Source: a virus
Lineage: Duplodnaviria; Caudoviricetes
DNA length: 28,291 bases
IMG/VR virus record: IMGVR_UViG_3300007985_000050
Location: 1 to 28,291 of that record
Strand: one strand, 5' to 3'
The stretch's first letter is position 1, and every line of letters starts with the position of its first letter. Both the position numbers and the translations under genes were made by a program. Shown one piece after another: positions 16,206 to 25,433 of this stretch. A model generated the notes under the pieces. The model made no database searches. It saw nothing but the letters and a program-made list of their open reading frames with translations, and was not told the DNA's origin.

Positions 16206-17786
16206 TTACTTTCTTGTTTGTGTGAACAATTGTAATGCTTGTTGCAATTGTGCTTGTTCTGCTTCATCCTTTGCTAATGCTTCAAGTTCTTTTTCACTTC
16301 TTAATAAGCTGTTGCTAAATCCACTGTCTTCCAATATTTTTCTGGTAAATTTATTTACATCAACTACTTTGAAAGCATTATCTGGACCAACTGTTTGAAT
16401 TACTTGCCCAAACAACTGTATTTCATTAAATACTTCCTGTTGTTTTCTGGATAAGGCAGCAGCAGAAACTACTTTATATTTAATTTTATTTTCCCAATCT
16501 TTTGGATAAGGTTCTAATAAACCTTTTTTCTTCATTCTATACACCAAAGAATTGGCAAAAGGTTCTAAAAATTCCTTTTGTAATCTTAGTGCTGGTTGAC
16601 CAATTTTTCTTAAAAACATTTGTCTTCTGGCAATAACTTCTTCTCTGGTCATATAATTTGGTTGAGTTGCTGGGGGAAGTTCATTTGAATAAATGCCTTC
16701 TTTTACTTGAAATCTAATTTGGTTTAATAATTCAACAGCAAATCTTAAATCACCAGAAGTATCCAATTTAGCTAATTCACCTTCTGTGGGTAATACTTTG
16801 CCTGGACCAAAATACTTTTTAATTATTTCTTCATCAAAGAATTCAGCTGGCATTTGGAAGCTGGGAAATGCTTGATATTCAGTAAACACCAAAATGTTTT
16901 TCATAAGTTCATTTAACACTTTAATGTCAGGTAATGCTCTTCTAACTGGACTATCACCATAATCATCACCAGCTATTTTACTCCATCTATAAACTAAAAG
17001 AGGAATTTGTTCTTTATCTATCTCCTGATAACAGATTTCACTCATGCTGCTCATATCAACAGTAGCACCACCACCTTTACCCAACATAAGTGAATAATGA
17101 TATTTTCCAATTCCAAATGGATATACACCTTCAATTAATGTATATTCCTGTTCTGGTGCTTCTACAGCTTTTGCTTTAAATTCATCACTTAATTTATATT
17201 TTGGATCAGCACCCCAATCCTGAATTATGTCTTTTGCTTTTCTAACAAATTCTCTGAATATAACATCAATTCTATTACAGCCATTTTGTAGGAAAAACAC
17301 ATTACCAATAGGAATACTATAAGTGTCAATAAATAGATCCTGGTCTTTAAAGGCAACTGCACCTTGACCAGTAATAATACAATCCATTAAACTTTCACTG
17401 GCAGTTAAACTTACATTACCATCTAATAAGTTTTTTTGTATTCTTTTATTGTTTTCATCCATTACTAATTTAACATCAGATGGAATTGATTGACCAACTT
17501 TTAAATTAACTACTTCTGCTTCAAGCCATCTCTGTGTTTCTGGCATAAGCAGATCCATCATTGAGTTAGCTAAATCCTGAATTCCAGCCATAGCAGTAGT
17601 ATCATATAATTCTTCTCTGTTATTCAAATTATAAACTGCATTTGAATAACTGCCTTGGTTAAAAGTATACACTGAGTTTCTGTGAGGAAAAGTATATCTA
17701 AATGCTGAATCCCATTCAGTTTCATGTATTGCTCTTTTTTCCTTAGCAAATTTTAATAGTTTATTGCTATACCTGATTCTATCCAT
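16206..17786 (-). CDS. Portal protein (head-to-tail connector)
   Basis: LYDTTA..LANSMMDLLMP..W, RWSKIAGDDYGDSPVRRALPDIKVLN, MTREEVIAR..RLQKEFLEP; 526 aa. Confidence 0.95.
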   Translation of the reverse strand: MDRIRYSNKLLKFAKEKRAIHETEWDSAFRYTFPHRNSVYTFNQGSYSNAVYNLNNREELYDTTAMAGIQDLANSMMDLLMPETQRWLEAEVVNLKVGQSIPSDVKLVMDENNKRIQKNLLDGNVSLTASESLMDCIITGQGAVAFKDQDLFIDTYSIPIGNVFFLQNGCNRIDVIFREFVRKAKDIIQDWGADPKYKLSDEFKAKAVEAPEQEYTLIEGVYPFGIGKYHYSLMLGKGGGATVDMSSMSEICYQEIDKEQIPLLVYRWSKIAGDDYGDSPVRRALPDIKVLNELMKNILVFTEYQAFPSFQMPAEFFDEEIIKKYFGPGKVLPTEGELAKLDTSGDLRFAVELLNQIRFQVKEGIYSNELPPATQPNYMTREEVIARRQMFLRKIGQPALRLQKEFLEPFANSLVYRMKKKGLLEPYPKDWENKIKYKVVSAAALSRKQQEVFNEIQLFGQVIQTVGPDNAFKVVDVNKFTRKILEDSGFSNSLLRSEKELEALAKDEAEQAQLQQALQLFTQTRK

Positions 17787-17794
17787 TTTTTACC

Positions 17795-17977
17795 TTAAAA
17801 TATTGCTGGGCCTAATGCATTTTGTGATGATCCTAATCCAGCTTTAAATACTCTACCAGCTCTTAATGCTTCAGCAAACTGGTTTTGAGCATTTTGTTCT
17901 TTTTTCTTTGTTAAGTCCACTTCAGGAGTAGTTGCTACTGGAGCAGGTGCTGCTTTTGGTTTTGATGGTTTGCTCAT
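17795..17977 (-). CDS. Small pre-portal virion protein (T7 gp6.7/7.3-like position)
   Basis: MSKPSKPKAAPAP Lys/Pro N-terminus; AAGGA SD. Confidence 0.7.
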   Translation of the reverse strand: MSKPSKPKAAPAPVATTPEVDLTKKKEQNAQNQFAEALRAGRVFKAGLGSSQNALGPAIF

Positions 17978-17986
17978 AATAATTCC

Positions 17987-18190
17987 TTAAAATCCTGGAC
18001 TTAAATATTCATCAGATGTTGCTACACCAAGTGCTCCACCTCTGGTTTTTAAAGTAGCCAATACACCTTGTCTCTTTTTGGCTGCTAATTGTTCTTCTGC
18101 TGCTGCTGAACTTTCTTCTTTAGCTCTTTCAGCTTTAGCTTCTGCTTCTGAAGGTACTCTTGGTACTTTGGGTGATTTAAACATACTCAT
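17987..18190 (-). CDS. Small pre-portal virion protein
   Basis: MSMFKSPKVP..AKKRQGVLATLKT..GALG; AGGGA SD. Confidence 0.72.
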   Translation of the reverse strand: MSMFKSPKVPRVPSEAEAKAERAKEESSAAAEEQLAAKKRQGVLATLKTRGGALGVATSDEYLSPGF

Positions 18191-18242
18191 AATAATATCC
18201 CTAATAAATAGATAATAAAGTATTTATTAAAGGTATTTATAT
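18191..18242. promoter_or_regulatory. Divergent control region with inverted ATAAATA boxes
   Basis: TAATAAATA (18202-18210) and TATTTATTA (18221-18229) form an inverted repeat; a further - strand TATAAATA at 18241-18234. Confidence 0.65.
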
Positions 18243-21200
18243 ATGTCAAAATATACTATGTCTAATAGGCTTGATGCCAAACAATATGCACAGGATTTGT
18301 TAAACAAACCATCAACAAGTGATTATTTAGGTAGTGTTTGGGATCAAGCAGCAACAGAAACTCCATGGAAAAATATTGAATATTTAAAGGACAGGGGATA
18401 TTCCACAGAATCAATATTGCCTGAAGACTTTTATAAATCAGAAGATTATAGGCCTGGACAGGAATATAGAAGAGGTATGACTAAAGGTCAACAGAGATTA
18501 TTAGCAGAAGACTATGATGAAACTGTTAAAAGAGCAGAAATAATGAGAAAATACCCAGACTTTTATGGTAGAGGGTTAGTTGAATTTGGTGTTGGTGCTG
18601 CTGCTCATATGGCTGATCCTATTAATTTAGGTGTTGGTGTTGCTCTTGGATTAGTGCCAGGTATTGGTTGGGCCAGTTTGGGTGCAAGACTTGGATTAGC
18701 AGGAAGTACTGCTCTTGGAACTATTGGTAGAGCTGCTGTTGCTGGTGCTGTTGAAGGTGTAGTTGGTAGTATTTTAGTTGAACCCATAATATTTGCTGGT
18801 CAAGAAAAAATGCAGAGAGATTATACTCTATTCAATTCCCTACAAAATGTCATGTTTGGTGCTGTGGGTGGTGGTATTATTGGTGGTGGTGTGGGTGGTA
18901 TTGGCTATGCTCTTGGGGGATTTGGCAATAGATTAGCTGCTTCAAATAAAATACAACCAAATGATACACCATTATATAATGGATATAAACCCAAAGATGT
19001 TGCCCAAAATGTATCAAATGCCATATTAGCAATTGAAACAAATCAAATAAACAATTTTACTCCAGTTCAAGGAGGCAAACCTCAATTAATTCAGTTAAGT
19101 GATAAAAATTTAGTTGATGAATTATTTACAACTGAATTTAACCAATTACAAAATATTAATCAACCAACTGGTCAAATGACTTATGCAAGTGAGTATGATC
19201 TTTGGTTAAACAAGTATGAAAGATTGGGATATACAAATGAATTAAATGCTGGTAAAATTAAATTAAATGAATTAGTCAGTGATGAAAACAAATTAATTTA
19301 TCCAACTCCAGAAATTGAAAGTTTAATAAGACAATTTGTTGATGATAAAGTTCAAGCAAAAGTTAAAACAGGTTCTGAAATTAATGATCTTGGATTACCT
19401 GAAGACACATTTAAAACTGTTGATTCAATAATATTTAGAGGACCTCCAGGAACAGGTAAAAGTTCAATTGGTGATATTTTGGTTGCCAAATATGGTGATA
19501 ACACAAAGTTTTTACCACCAGAAGACATAACACCAGAAAATATTGAAAAACTATTGAGTGGTGGTTCAGTACCAAAATATTTAATAATTGATGAATTTGA
19601 CAAATTAAGCAAAAAACAAATGGATTCATTAAATCAAGTTTTGGGTTTTTACAAAGGCAAAACAAAGTTTGTATTTACAACCAATGCTGATCTAAAAAAA
19701 TTAGGACCTGAATACAGCCAAATAATTAATTCATCTGAAGATGTAGTTATGGATGGATATACCAAAGAACAAAAAGCTGCTTATGCTGTATCATTAGCTA
19801 AAGAAAGTGGTATGATGGGCAAACCCATTGATGAACTACTTAAAATAGCAGAAATGAAAGATGAGTTGGGTAATCCAATTAGTTTAAGAGGTATTAAAAC
19901 CAATCTTGAAAGTTTATTAGAACAAAAAGGCAAAAAGAACATAGTAAAATATGATCAGGGAGCCAGTTTGTTTGGATTTGATGATGCCCCAGTTAAAAAG
20001 CCCATTGAAGAAAGTATTGCTGAATTACCCCTAAAAGAAGACCAAAGTAAAACACTTATTGAATTTATGGAAAATGCTGGTGATAAAAGCATATTAATAC
20101 TTCAAGGACCCAACAAAGATCTAAAAAATAAGGTGCAAAAAGCAATTCAAGATGGCACATTTGATTATGACAAAGTAAAAATTGGGGGTCAGGAAGTTAT
20201 TTCAACATTTGATAGAAATACACTTGCTTCAATACAAACAGCACTTAAAAATCCCTACCAAGGTGAAGGGTATGGATGGCTTATTCAAATAGAAGGCACT
20301 TCAACAAACATAGCCCAATTAGCAAAATACAATAATCAATTGGAAAAAATAGTTAATGCAAGTCCAACAAGAGCAAGAATAGTAATAAATGTTGATAATG
20401 TTAAAATGGATAAACAAATATTAGCTTCCATTTATGACAGAGCTAAAACTATTACACTTGATAAAAAACAAACTGGTAAGGGTTATGTTCCAAACACAAC
20501 AAGAAGAGGTGTACCAAATTCCAAATTAAGAACAAGAAGTGCTGTTGCATCAGAAGTATTAAATGATGATGCACTAAAAACAACATTAATAAATGCTCAA
20601 GCTAATCCAGAACTACAACCTGTAGCACAAAGTATTATTGAACAAATGAAACAATTTTCAGATGATCCACTTTTGGATGTTCAACCTGAATTAATTCCAA
20701 ATGTAGCTATAACAAAGGAAATGGTTGAAAATTTAAATCAAAAAATAAATGGTGTATTTGATGGAACACTTGATCCAGAAAAAGTAAGTATTGATGCAGC
20801 CTTATTACAACAAAAATTAATGGCTGATATTGGTACTGCACTAAACAATTTAATTGATGAATTACAACCACAAACCAATGGTGATTTGTTAGCTGTATAT
20901 GATAAAGTAGCCAGCCAATTTCCAGATATGAGTACAAAAATTACCCAAAGTTCTGCTTATCAAGATGTATTAGCAAGAGCTAATTTGGAAGGAAAACAAA
21001 CTAAACCCACATTGGATGAATTAATTACTGTTAAACCCATAGATGATGTACCAAATGTATTAGCACAAAAAGCAGAAGATTCAAGAATAAGATTAAATAT
21101 GATTAGACAAAAGCTAATTAATGACAAACAATTACTTAAAAACTTTGATGATGCTGTGGAATTAGCACCCATTGAAGCACAACTAAAAGATGTAGATGAA

Positions 21201-21272
21201 ACAATAAATTTGATGAATGATCCTGACTTTATAAGAGCAGCAGCAAATGCAATCAAATGTTTGAGGACTTAA
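18243..21272 (+). CDS. Internal virion (ejection) protein with inserted tandem clamp-loader-like AAA+ modules
   Basis: Gly/Ala hydrophobic N-terminal region (ADPINL..), C-terminal AAANAIKCLRT abutting the MxxC start of the next ejection gene; GPPGTGKS (aa 400-407), LIIDEFD, FVFTTN. Confidence 0.8.
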   Translation: MSKYTMSNRLDAKQYAQDLLNKPSTSDYLGSVWDQAATETPWKNIEYLKDRGYSTESILPEDFYKSEDYRPGQEYRRGMTKGQQRLLAEDYDETVKRAEIMRKYPDFYGRGLVEFGVGAAAHMADPINLGVGVALGLVPGIGWASLGARLGLAGSTALGTIGRAAVAGAVEGVVGSILVEPIIFAGQEKMQRDYTLFNSLQNVMFGAVGGGIIGGGVGGIGYALGGFGNRLAASNKIQPNDTPLYNGYKPKDVAQNVSNAILAIETNQINNFTPVQGGKPQLIQLSDKNLVDELFTTEFNQLQNINQPTGQMTYASEYDLWLNKYERLGYTNELNAGKIKLNELVSDENKLIYPTPEIESLIRQFVDDKVQAKVKTGSEINDLGLPEDTFKTVDSIIFRGPPGTGKSSIGDILVAKYGDNTKFLPPEDITPENIEKLLSGGSVPKYLIIDEFDKLSKKQMDSLNQVLGFYKGKTKFVFTTNADLKKLGPEYSQIINSSEDVVMDGYTKEQKAAYAVSLAKESGMMGKPIDELLKIAEMKDELGNPISLRGIKTNLESLLEQKGKKNIVKYDQGASLFGFDDAPVKKPIEESIAELPLKEDQSKTLIEFMENAGDKSILILQGPNKDLKNKVQKAIQDGTFDYDKVKIGGQEVISTFDRNTLASIQTALKNPYQGEGYGWLIQIEGTSTNIAQLAKYNNQLEKIVNASPTRARIVINVDNVKMDKQILASIYDRAKTITLDKKQTGKGYVPNTTRRGVPNSKLRTRSAVASEVLNDDALKTTLINAQANPELQPVAQSIIEQMKQFSDDPLLDVQPELIPNVAITKEMVENLNQKINGVFDGTLDPEKVSIDAALLQQKLMADIGTALNNLIDELQPQTNGDLLAVYDKVASQFPDMSTKITQSSAYQDVLARANLEGKQTKPTLDELITVKPIDDVPNVLAQKAEDSRIRLNMIRQKLINDKQLLKNFDDAVELAPIEAQLKDVDETINLMNDPDFIRAAANAIKCLRT

Positions 21273-21273
21273 A

Positions 21274-23805
21274 ATGGATGTATGCTATATTAATATAAAA
21301 GATGCCTTTAAAGATGCTGGCTTAACTGAAAAGGGGTTAAGTGAAAAGAAAGCAGAAGCACTTTATAATAAAATTAAAAAAGTAGTTGATTTAGAAAAAA
21401 CAGATCCAAGATGGGTTAATTCAACAGTTGATCAAAGTGTTCAAAGAATATTGCAGGAACAAATAGATGACTTATTGAGAGAGAAAACTTTCTTTCAAAA
21501 TGAACTTATATTAAATGAATCTGCATATACAAAAATGATTGATTATGTGGAAAAAAGAGTTGAAGAAAGATTAGCTGCTGGTGAAAGAGAAAGCAGAACA
21601 TTGGGTTTTACTAAAAAATCCAGAAAAAGACTTTATTCAGATTCAGTTAAAGATTATTTAACCAATGCTGATCTTCAACAACAAATAAGAGTTAAAGACT
21701 TTTTTAATAAAGTTGGTATTATTATTGAAAATAATCCAAAAGGATATAAAAAAGTACAAAGTGGACAATTTGATGAACAATTATTGGAAATAATGAAGGG
21801 TAATCCAGTTGAAGTTGATTCTGATGTAAAACAATTTGGATTACAACTTAAAAAAATAAATGATGAAATAAAAGCCAGGAGACAGGATTTAGGTCTTGAT
21901 ATAGATGATAGTCCTTTTGTTATCAGTCAAAGTAAATTAATGAATTGGAGTGGTGCAAGAAGTTTAGCAGATAATTTTAGTGAATATAAAAAGATTATTA
22001 GAAACAAATTTGATCAACATGTTGATAAAGTGAGTACTTTAAAAAGACTTAAACTTTATCCAGAAGAAGGTGAAACTTGGGATGATTTATGGGATCAATT
22101 TATATCTTCAACTGCTGAAAATGCTTGGTATGGAAAAAATGAAGCTTGGAATAGTTATGGTAAATCAGGCAGTAAATTTGATGCTTTTACCAAAAGAATT
22201 GGTATGGGTGAAAGAATAATACAATTTAAAAGTTCTGCTGATGAAATTGCTTATATGAAGGGTGTCAATCCAGTTAGTGACAGAATTGATAAAATAGCAA
22301 AACAATTTGGTGGTAATGCCCAAACTACTTTCTTTACCAAATATATTGAGGAATTAGAACACCAAGGTAAAACATTTGGCAGCATATATGAATTGGGAAC
22401 AAAAGGCAGAAGTACCTTTGACATGTTTAGAACTTATATTAGAGACAAATATAAATTAGATGATGATGGTGTTGCTGAACAATTTAAAAATGATCAAAAT
22501 GCTTATTTAGATTCCATGCTCAACATTATTACAGGTAGAAACAATGTTCCAACTAATTTTACTGTATCAAATATAGTTAGTGAAATAAAAGCATTTAACA
22601 ATTTAGCTTTCTTGGGTGGTGCTGCTGTATCCAGTATTACTGATGTGCCATCAGTTATGGCTGAATTAAGTAGACAGGGAATTAATCCACTAAAAGCTAT
22701 TGATGGAGTATTGCAAAACACCAGCAAAGAAGTCAGAGAATTATTTGGTGAATATGCTGTTGCTGTTCAAGATAATTCATGGAATAGATTTGGTGATACA
22801 ACAAGTGGAACTGGATTATTTAGTTCACTACAAACTCCTTTCTTTAAAGCAACACTTTTAACTGGTTGGACAAATATGAATACCCATGCTTATATTAGAA
22901 CATTGGGAAAACATTTGGGTGATTTAAAAGGTAAAAGTTGGGATGAGTTGGGTAATGATATAAAATGGCAAATGGGTAGAAGTGATATTGGTCCTGAAGA
23001 TTGGGATATTTTAAGATCAAATATGATTAAAAATATTAACAATAAAGATTATATGGCACCTGAACCAGATTTTGAAAAATTAACTGATCCAAAACTACAA
23101 ATGGTTAATAGAAAATTGGAGAATTATTTACTTGATTCCAGTCAAAGAGCTATTCCTCAAACTGCATTAAGACAAAGAGCTATGATTGAATTTGAAAGTC
23201 CTGGATCAGTTGTTGGCAGTTTAAGTAGATTATTCTTTCAATTTAAAACATTTCCTCTTAAAATGAGTCAAACACTACAATTTGATTTAGAAAATCCATA
23301 TGGAGCAAGTAAATTAAAAGCACTTACTATCAGCATAGTTGGTATGACTGCTCTTGGTGTATTAGCTCAACAAGCTAAAGGATTAATTTCAGGTAGAGGT
23401 TATAAACCTGTAGAGGAATATACTGCTGAAGATTGGAGAAGTGCTTTAGCTCAAGGTGGTGCTTTGGGTATAGTTGGTGATTTTACACTTAATGCTTTTG
23501 GTGAACCCAGCAGATTTGGTGGACAGACCAGCCTTGGTTCAGTGATGGGACCCACATTTGGTAGAGTTGAAGGGCTTTACAATTTAGCACAAAAGTCAGC
23601 ACAGGGAGAAACAACTGCCAATCAATTAATTAATATTGGTAAAAGTTATGTTCCTGGTAGTAATATATGGTGGGGTCAATATGCCATAAATGCTGGTGTT
23701 GTTAATCAATTACATGAATTAGCTAATCCAGGATATATTAGAAGAATGGAACAAAAAGCCAGAGAGGAAGGTAGAATTAATAGTGACCTTCTTGGATTGC
23801 AATAA
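21274..23805 (+). CDS. Large internal virion (ejection) protein, epsilon15/BPP-1-like
   Basis: LGGAAVSSITD, FFQFKTFP, ALAQGGALGIVGDF, VMGPTFG, PGSNIWW, LHELANPGYIRRMEQ. Confidence 0.88.
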   Translation: MDVCYINIKDAFKDAGLTEKGLSEKKAEALYNKIKKVVDLEKTDPRWVNSTVDQSVQRILQEQIDDLLREKTFFQNELILNESAYTKMIDYVEKRVEERLAAGERESRTLGFTKKSRKRLYSDSVKDYLTNADLQQQIRVKDFFNKVGIIIENNPKGYKKVQSGQFDEQLLEIMKGNPVEVDSDVKQFGLQLKKINDEIKARRQDLGLDIDDSPFVISQSKLMNWSGARSLADNFSEYKKIIRNKFDQHVDKVSTLKRLKLYPEEGETWDDLWDQFISSTAENAWYGKNEAWNSYGKSGSKFDAFTKRIGMGERIIQFKSSADEIAYMKGVNPVSDRIDKIAKQFGGNAQTTFFTKYIEELEHQGKTFGSIYELGTKGRSTFDMFRTYIRDKYKLDDDGVAEQFKNDQNAYLDSMLNIITGRNNVPTNFTVSNIVSEIKAFNNLAFLGGAAVSSITDVPSVMAELSRQGINPLKAIDGVLQNTSKEVRELFGEYAVAVQDNSWNRFGDTTSGTGLFSSLQTPFFKATLLTGWTNMNTHAYIRTLGKHLGDLKGKSWDELGNDIKWQMGRSDIGPEDWDILRSNMIKNINNKDYMAPEPDFEKLTDPKLQMVNRKLENYLLDSSQRAIPQTALRQRAMIEFESPGSVVGSLSRLFFQFKTFPLKMSQTLQFDLENPYGASKLKALTISIVGMTALGVLAQQAKGLISGRGYKPVEEYTAEDWRSALAQGGALGIVGDFTLNAFGEPSRFGGQTSLGSVMGPTFGRVEGLYNLAQKSAQGETTANQLINIGKSYVPGSNIWWGQYAINAGVVNQLHELANPGYIRRMEQKAREEGRINSDLLGLQ

Positions 23806-23813
23806 ATAAGATT

Positions 23814-25430
23814 ATGAGTTATACAGATGAAATAAGAAGAGTAAGTTATGTAGGTAATGGCAGTACAAGTGTATTCACTGTGCCATTTACTGCTACCTCC
23901 ATAAATGATATAAGTGTATATATAAACAACCAGCTTCAAATTCAAGGGGGTGGGGCAGATTATACAGTTCAATTTAATGGAGATCTAATAGATACAATAA
24001 CAACAACCAACAATGTTGCCAATAACAGTATAATTGTTATTCAAAGTAATGTACAGCCATCAAGATTAACTGAATTTACTAATAATACAGTTATAAGATC
24101 CAGTGCTTTTAATACTGAATTAAATAGAGTTTATTCCATAATAGATGAATTAAAAGAAAGATTGGATAGAAAATTTGGTGTAAGTGATGGTGCAATATTA
24201 AGTGCTTCAACTGTATTTCCCAGCCCAAATTCTGGATTTGTAATTGGTTGGAATGCCAATAATCAATTAGTAAATGTTCAAGCAGCATCAGCAGTAAGTC
24301 AATTACCAAATATTGGTTCTGGTGATGCTGGTAAATTTGTGTCAGTAAATTTAGGTGAAACTGGTTATGAACTTGCTACATTGGGTGTTGATACAAATGG
24401 CAACCTTACTATTGAAAATAATACAGATCCATTCATAATTATCAGGGAATCAACAAATGATGTTAATTCATATTTTAGATTAAAAAATAATGATGATACT
24501 ATAAGCCAAATAAGTCATATAGGAACAGGTGAAGCTATTATTGAAATAGACCCTATAAGTTTAGATCAAAGTGCTGGTAATGTTAGATTTTTTAAGAACT
24601 CCAATTCAGGTGGTCCAAAAAGTGTATCTTTATATAATGTATCAGGAACTGTTGACAGTGAAATAGGAATAAGTGGAGTTAACACTTATTTTAATACTAC
24701 TGGTGGTAATTTTGGTATTGGATCATCAACTCCACAAAGCAGTTTAGATATTAGCAATAGAACAGATGGTATTTTAATTCCAAATGGTACTACAGCACAA
24801 GCAATAACCAGTGCCAATAGTGGTGTAATTAGATACAACTCATCAAAACAATATAATGAAGTATACAATCCAACTACTTTATCATATCACAGTATGGATA
24901 GTTGGACATTAATTAATTCAGTGGATTTTGCTACTACTTCATTATCAGTATGGGAAACAACTGGATTAGATAAATTTGATGAAATAAGAATAGTAATGTT
25001 GAATGTTGGTCCTGATTCAGGCACTGCTAACATCTCATTTAATATTCAATCAAATAACAGCACTTGGATAACAACCAGTTCTTATTCAACATTTTTTGCT
25101 ACATTTAATAATTCAACAACAACCACCCAATTTAACAATACTCAAGCTGTTTCTATTCCATTAAATTTAACTTCATTACCAATAGTTAGTAATTATAATG
25201 GTGAACTTAATATTTTTAATAGACCAAAATTTGTATCATCTGGAACTTTAACAGCTGGGTTTGGTAAATTTTATTATTTAATAAGTGGGTCTTGGGTTCA
25301 TGGTTCTGGTGGATTTAGAATTACAGGAATTACCAATTTTATTTCTGGATTAAGGTTAACACTGAGCAGCAGCACATTTAGAAATGATGGTAATATATAT
25401 GTTTATGGCAAAACATTACCAAAAGGATAA
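23814..25430 (+). CDS. Tail fibre 1 with T7 gp17-like N-terminal anchor
   Basis: YVGNGSTSVFTVPF..DISVY..DYTV..FNTELNRV; fibre motif GNFGIGSSTPQSSLDI..GILIPNGTTAQ..GVIRYN. Confidence 0.88.
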   Translation: MSYTDEIRRVSYVGNGSTSVFTVPFTATSINDISVYINNQLQIQGGGADYTVQFNGDLIDTITTTNNVANNSIIVIQSNVQPSRLTEFTNNTVIRSSAFNTELNRVYSIIDELKERLDRKFGVSDGAILSASTVFPSPNSGFVIGWNANNQLVNVQAASAVSQLPNIGSGDAGKFVSVNLGETGYELATLGVDTNGNLTIENNTDPFIIIRESTNDVNSYFRLKNNDDTISQISHIGTGEAIIEIDPISLDQSAGNVRFFKNSNSGGPKSVSLYNVSGTVDSEIGISGVNTYFNTTGGNFGIGSSTPQSSLDISNRTDGILIPNGTTAQAITSANSGVIRYNSSKQYNEVYNPTTLSYHSMDSWTLINSVDFATTSLSVWETTGLDKFDEIRIVMLNVGPDSGTANISFNIQSNNSTWITTSSYSTFFATFNNSTTTTQFNNTQAVSIPLNLTSLPIVSNYNGELNIFNRPKFVSSGTLTAGFGKFYYLISGSWVHGSGGFRITGITNFISGLRLTLSSSTFRNDGNIYVYGKTLPKG

Positions 25431-25433
25431 TTT

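Noticed and set aside
13436-16267. Longer ORF-track starts at 13481, 14810 and 16267
   Set aside because: They overlap a terminator, the SD itself or the portal gene; downstream ATGs fit better.
19440-19700. AAA+ domain as the missing terminase ATPase
   Set aside because: The motifs are clamp-loader/AAA+ type with no terminase nuclease domain, and they are embedded in an ejection-type protein.
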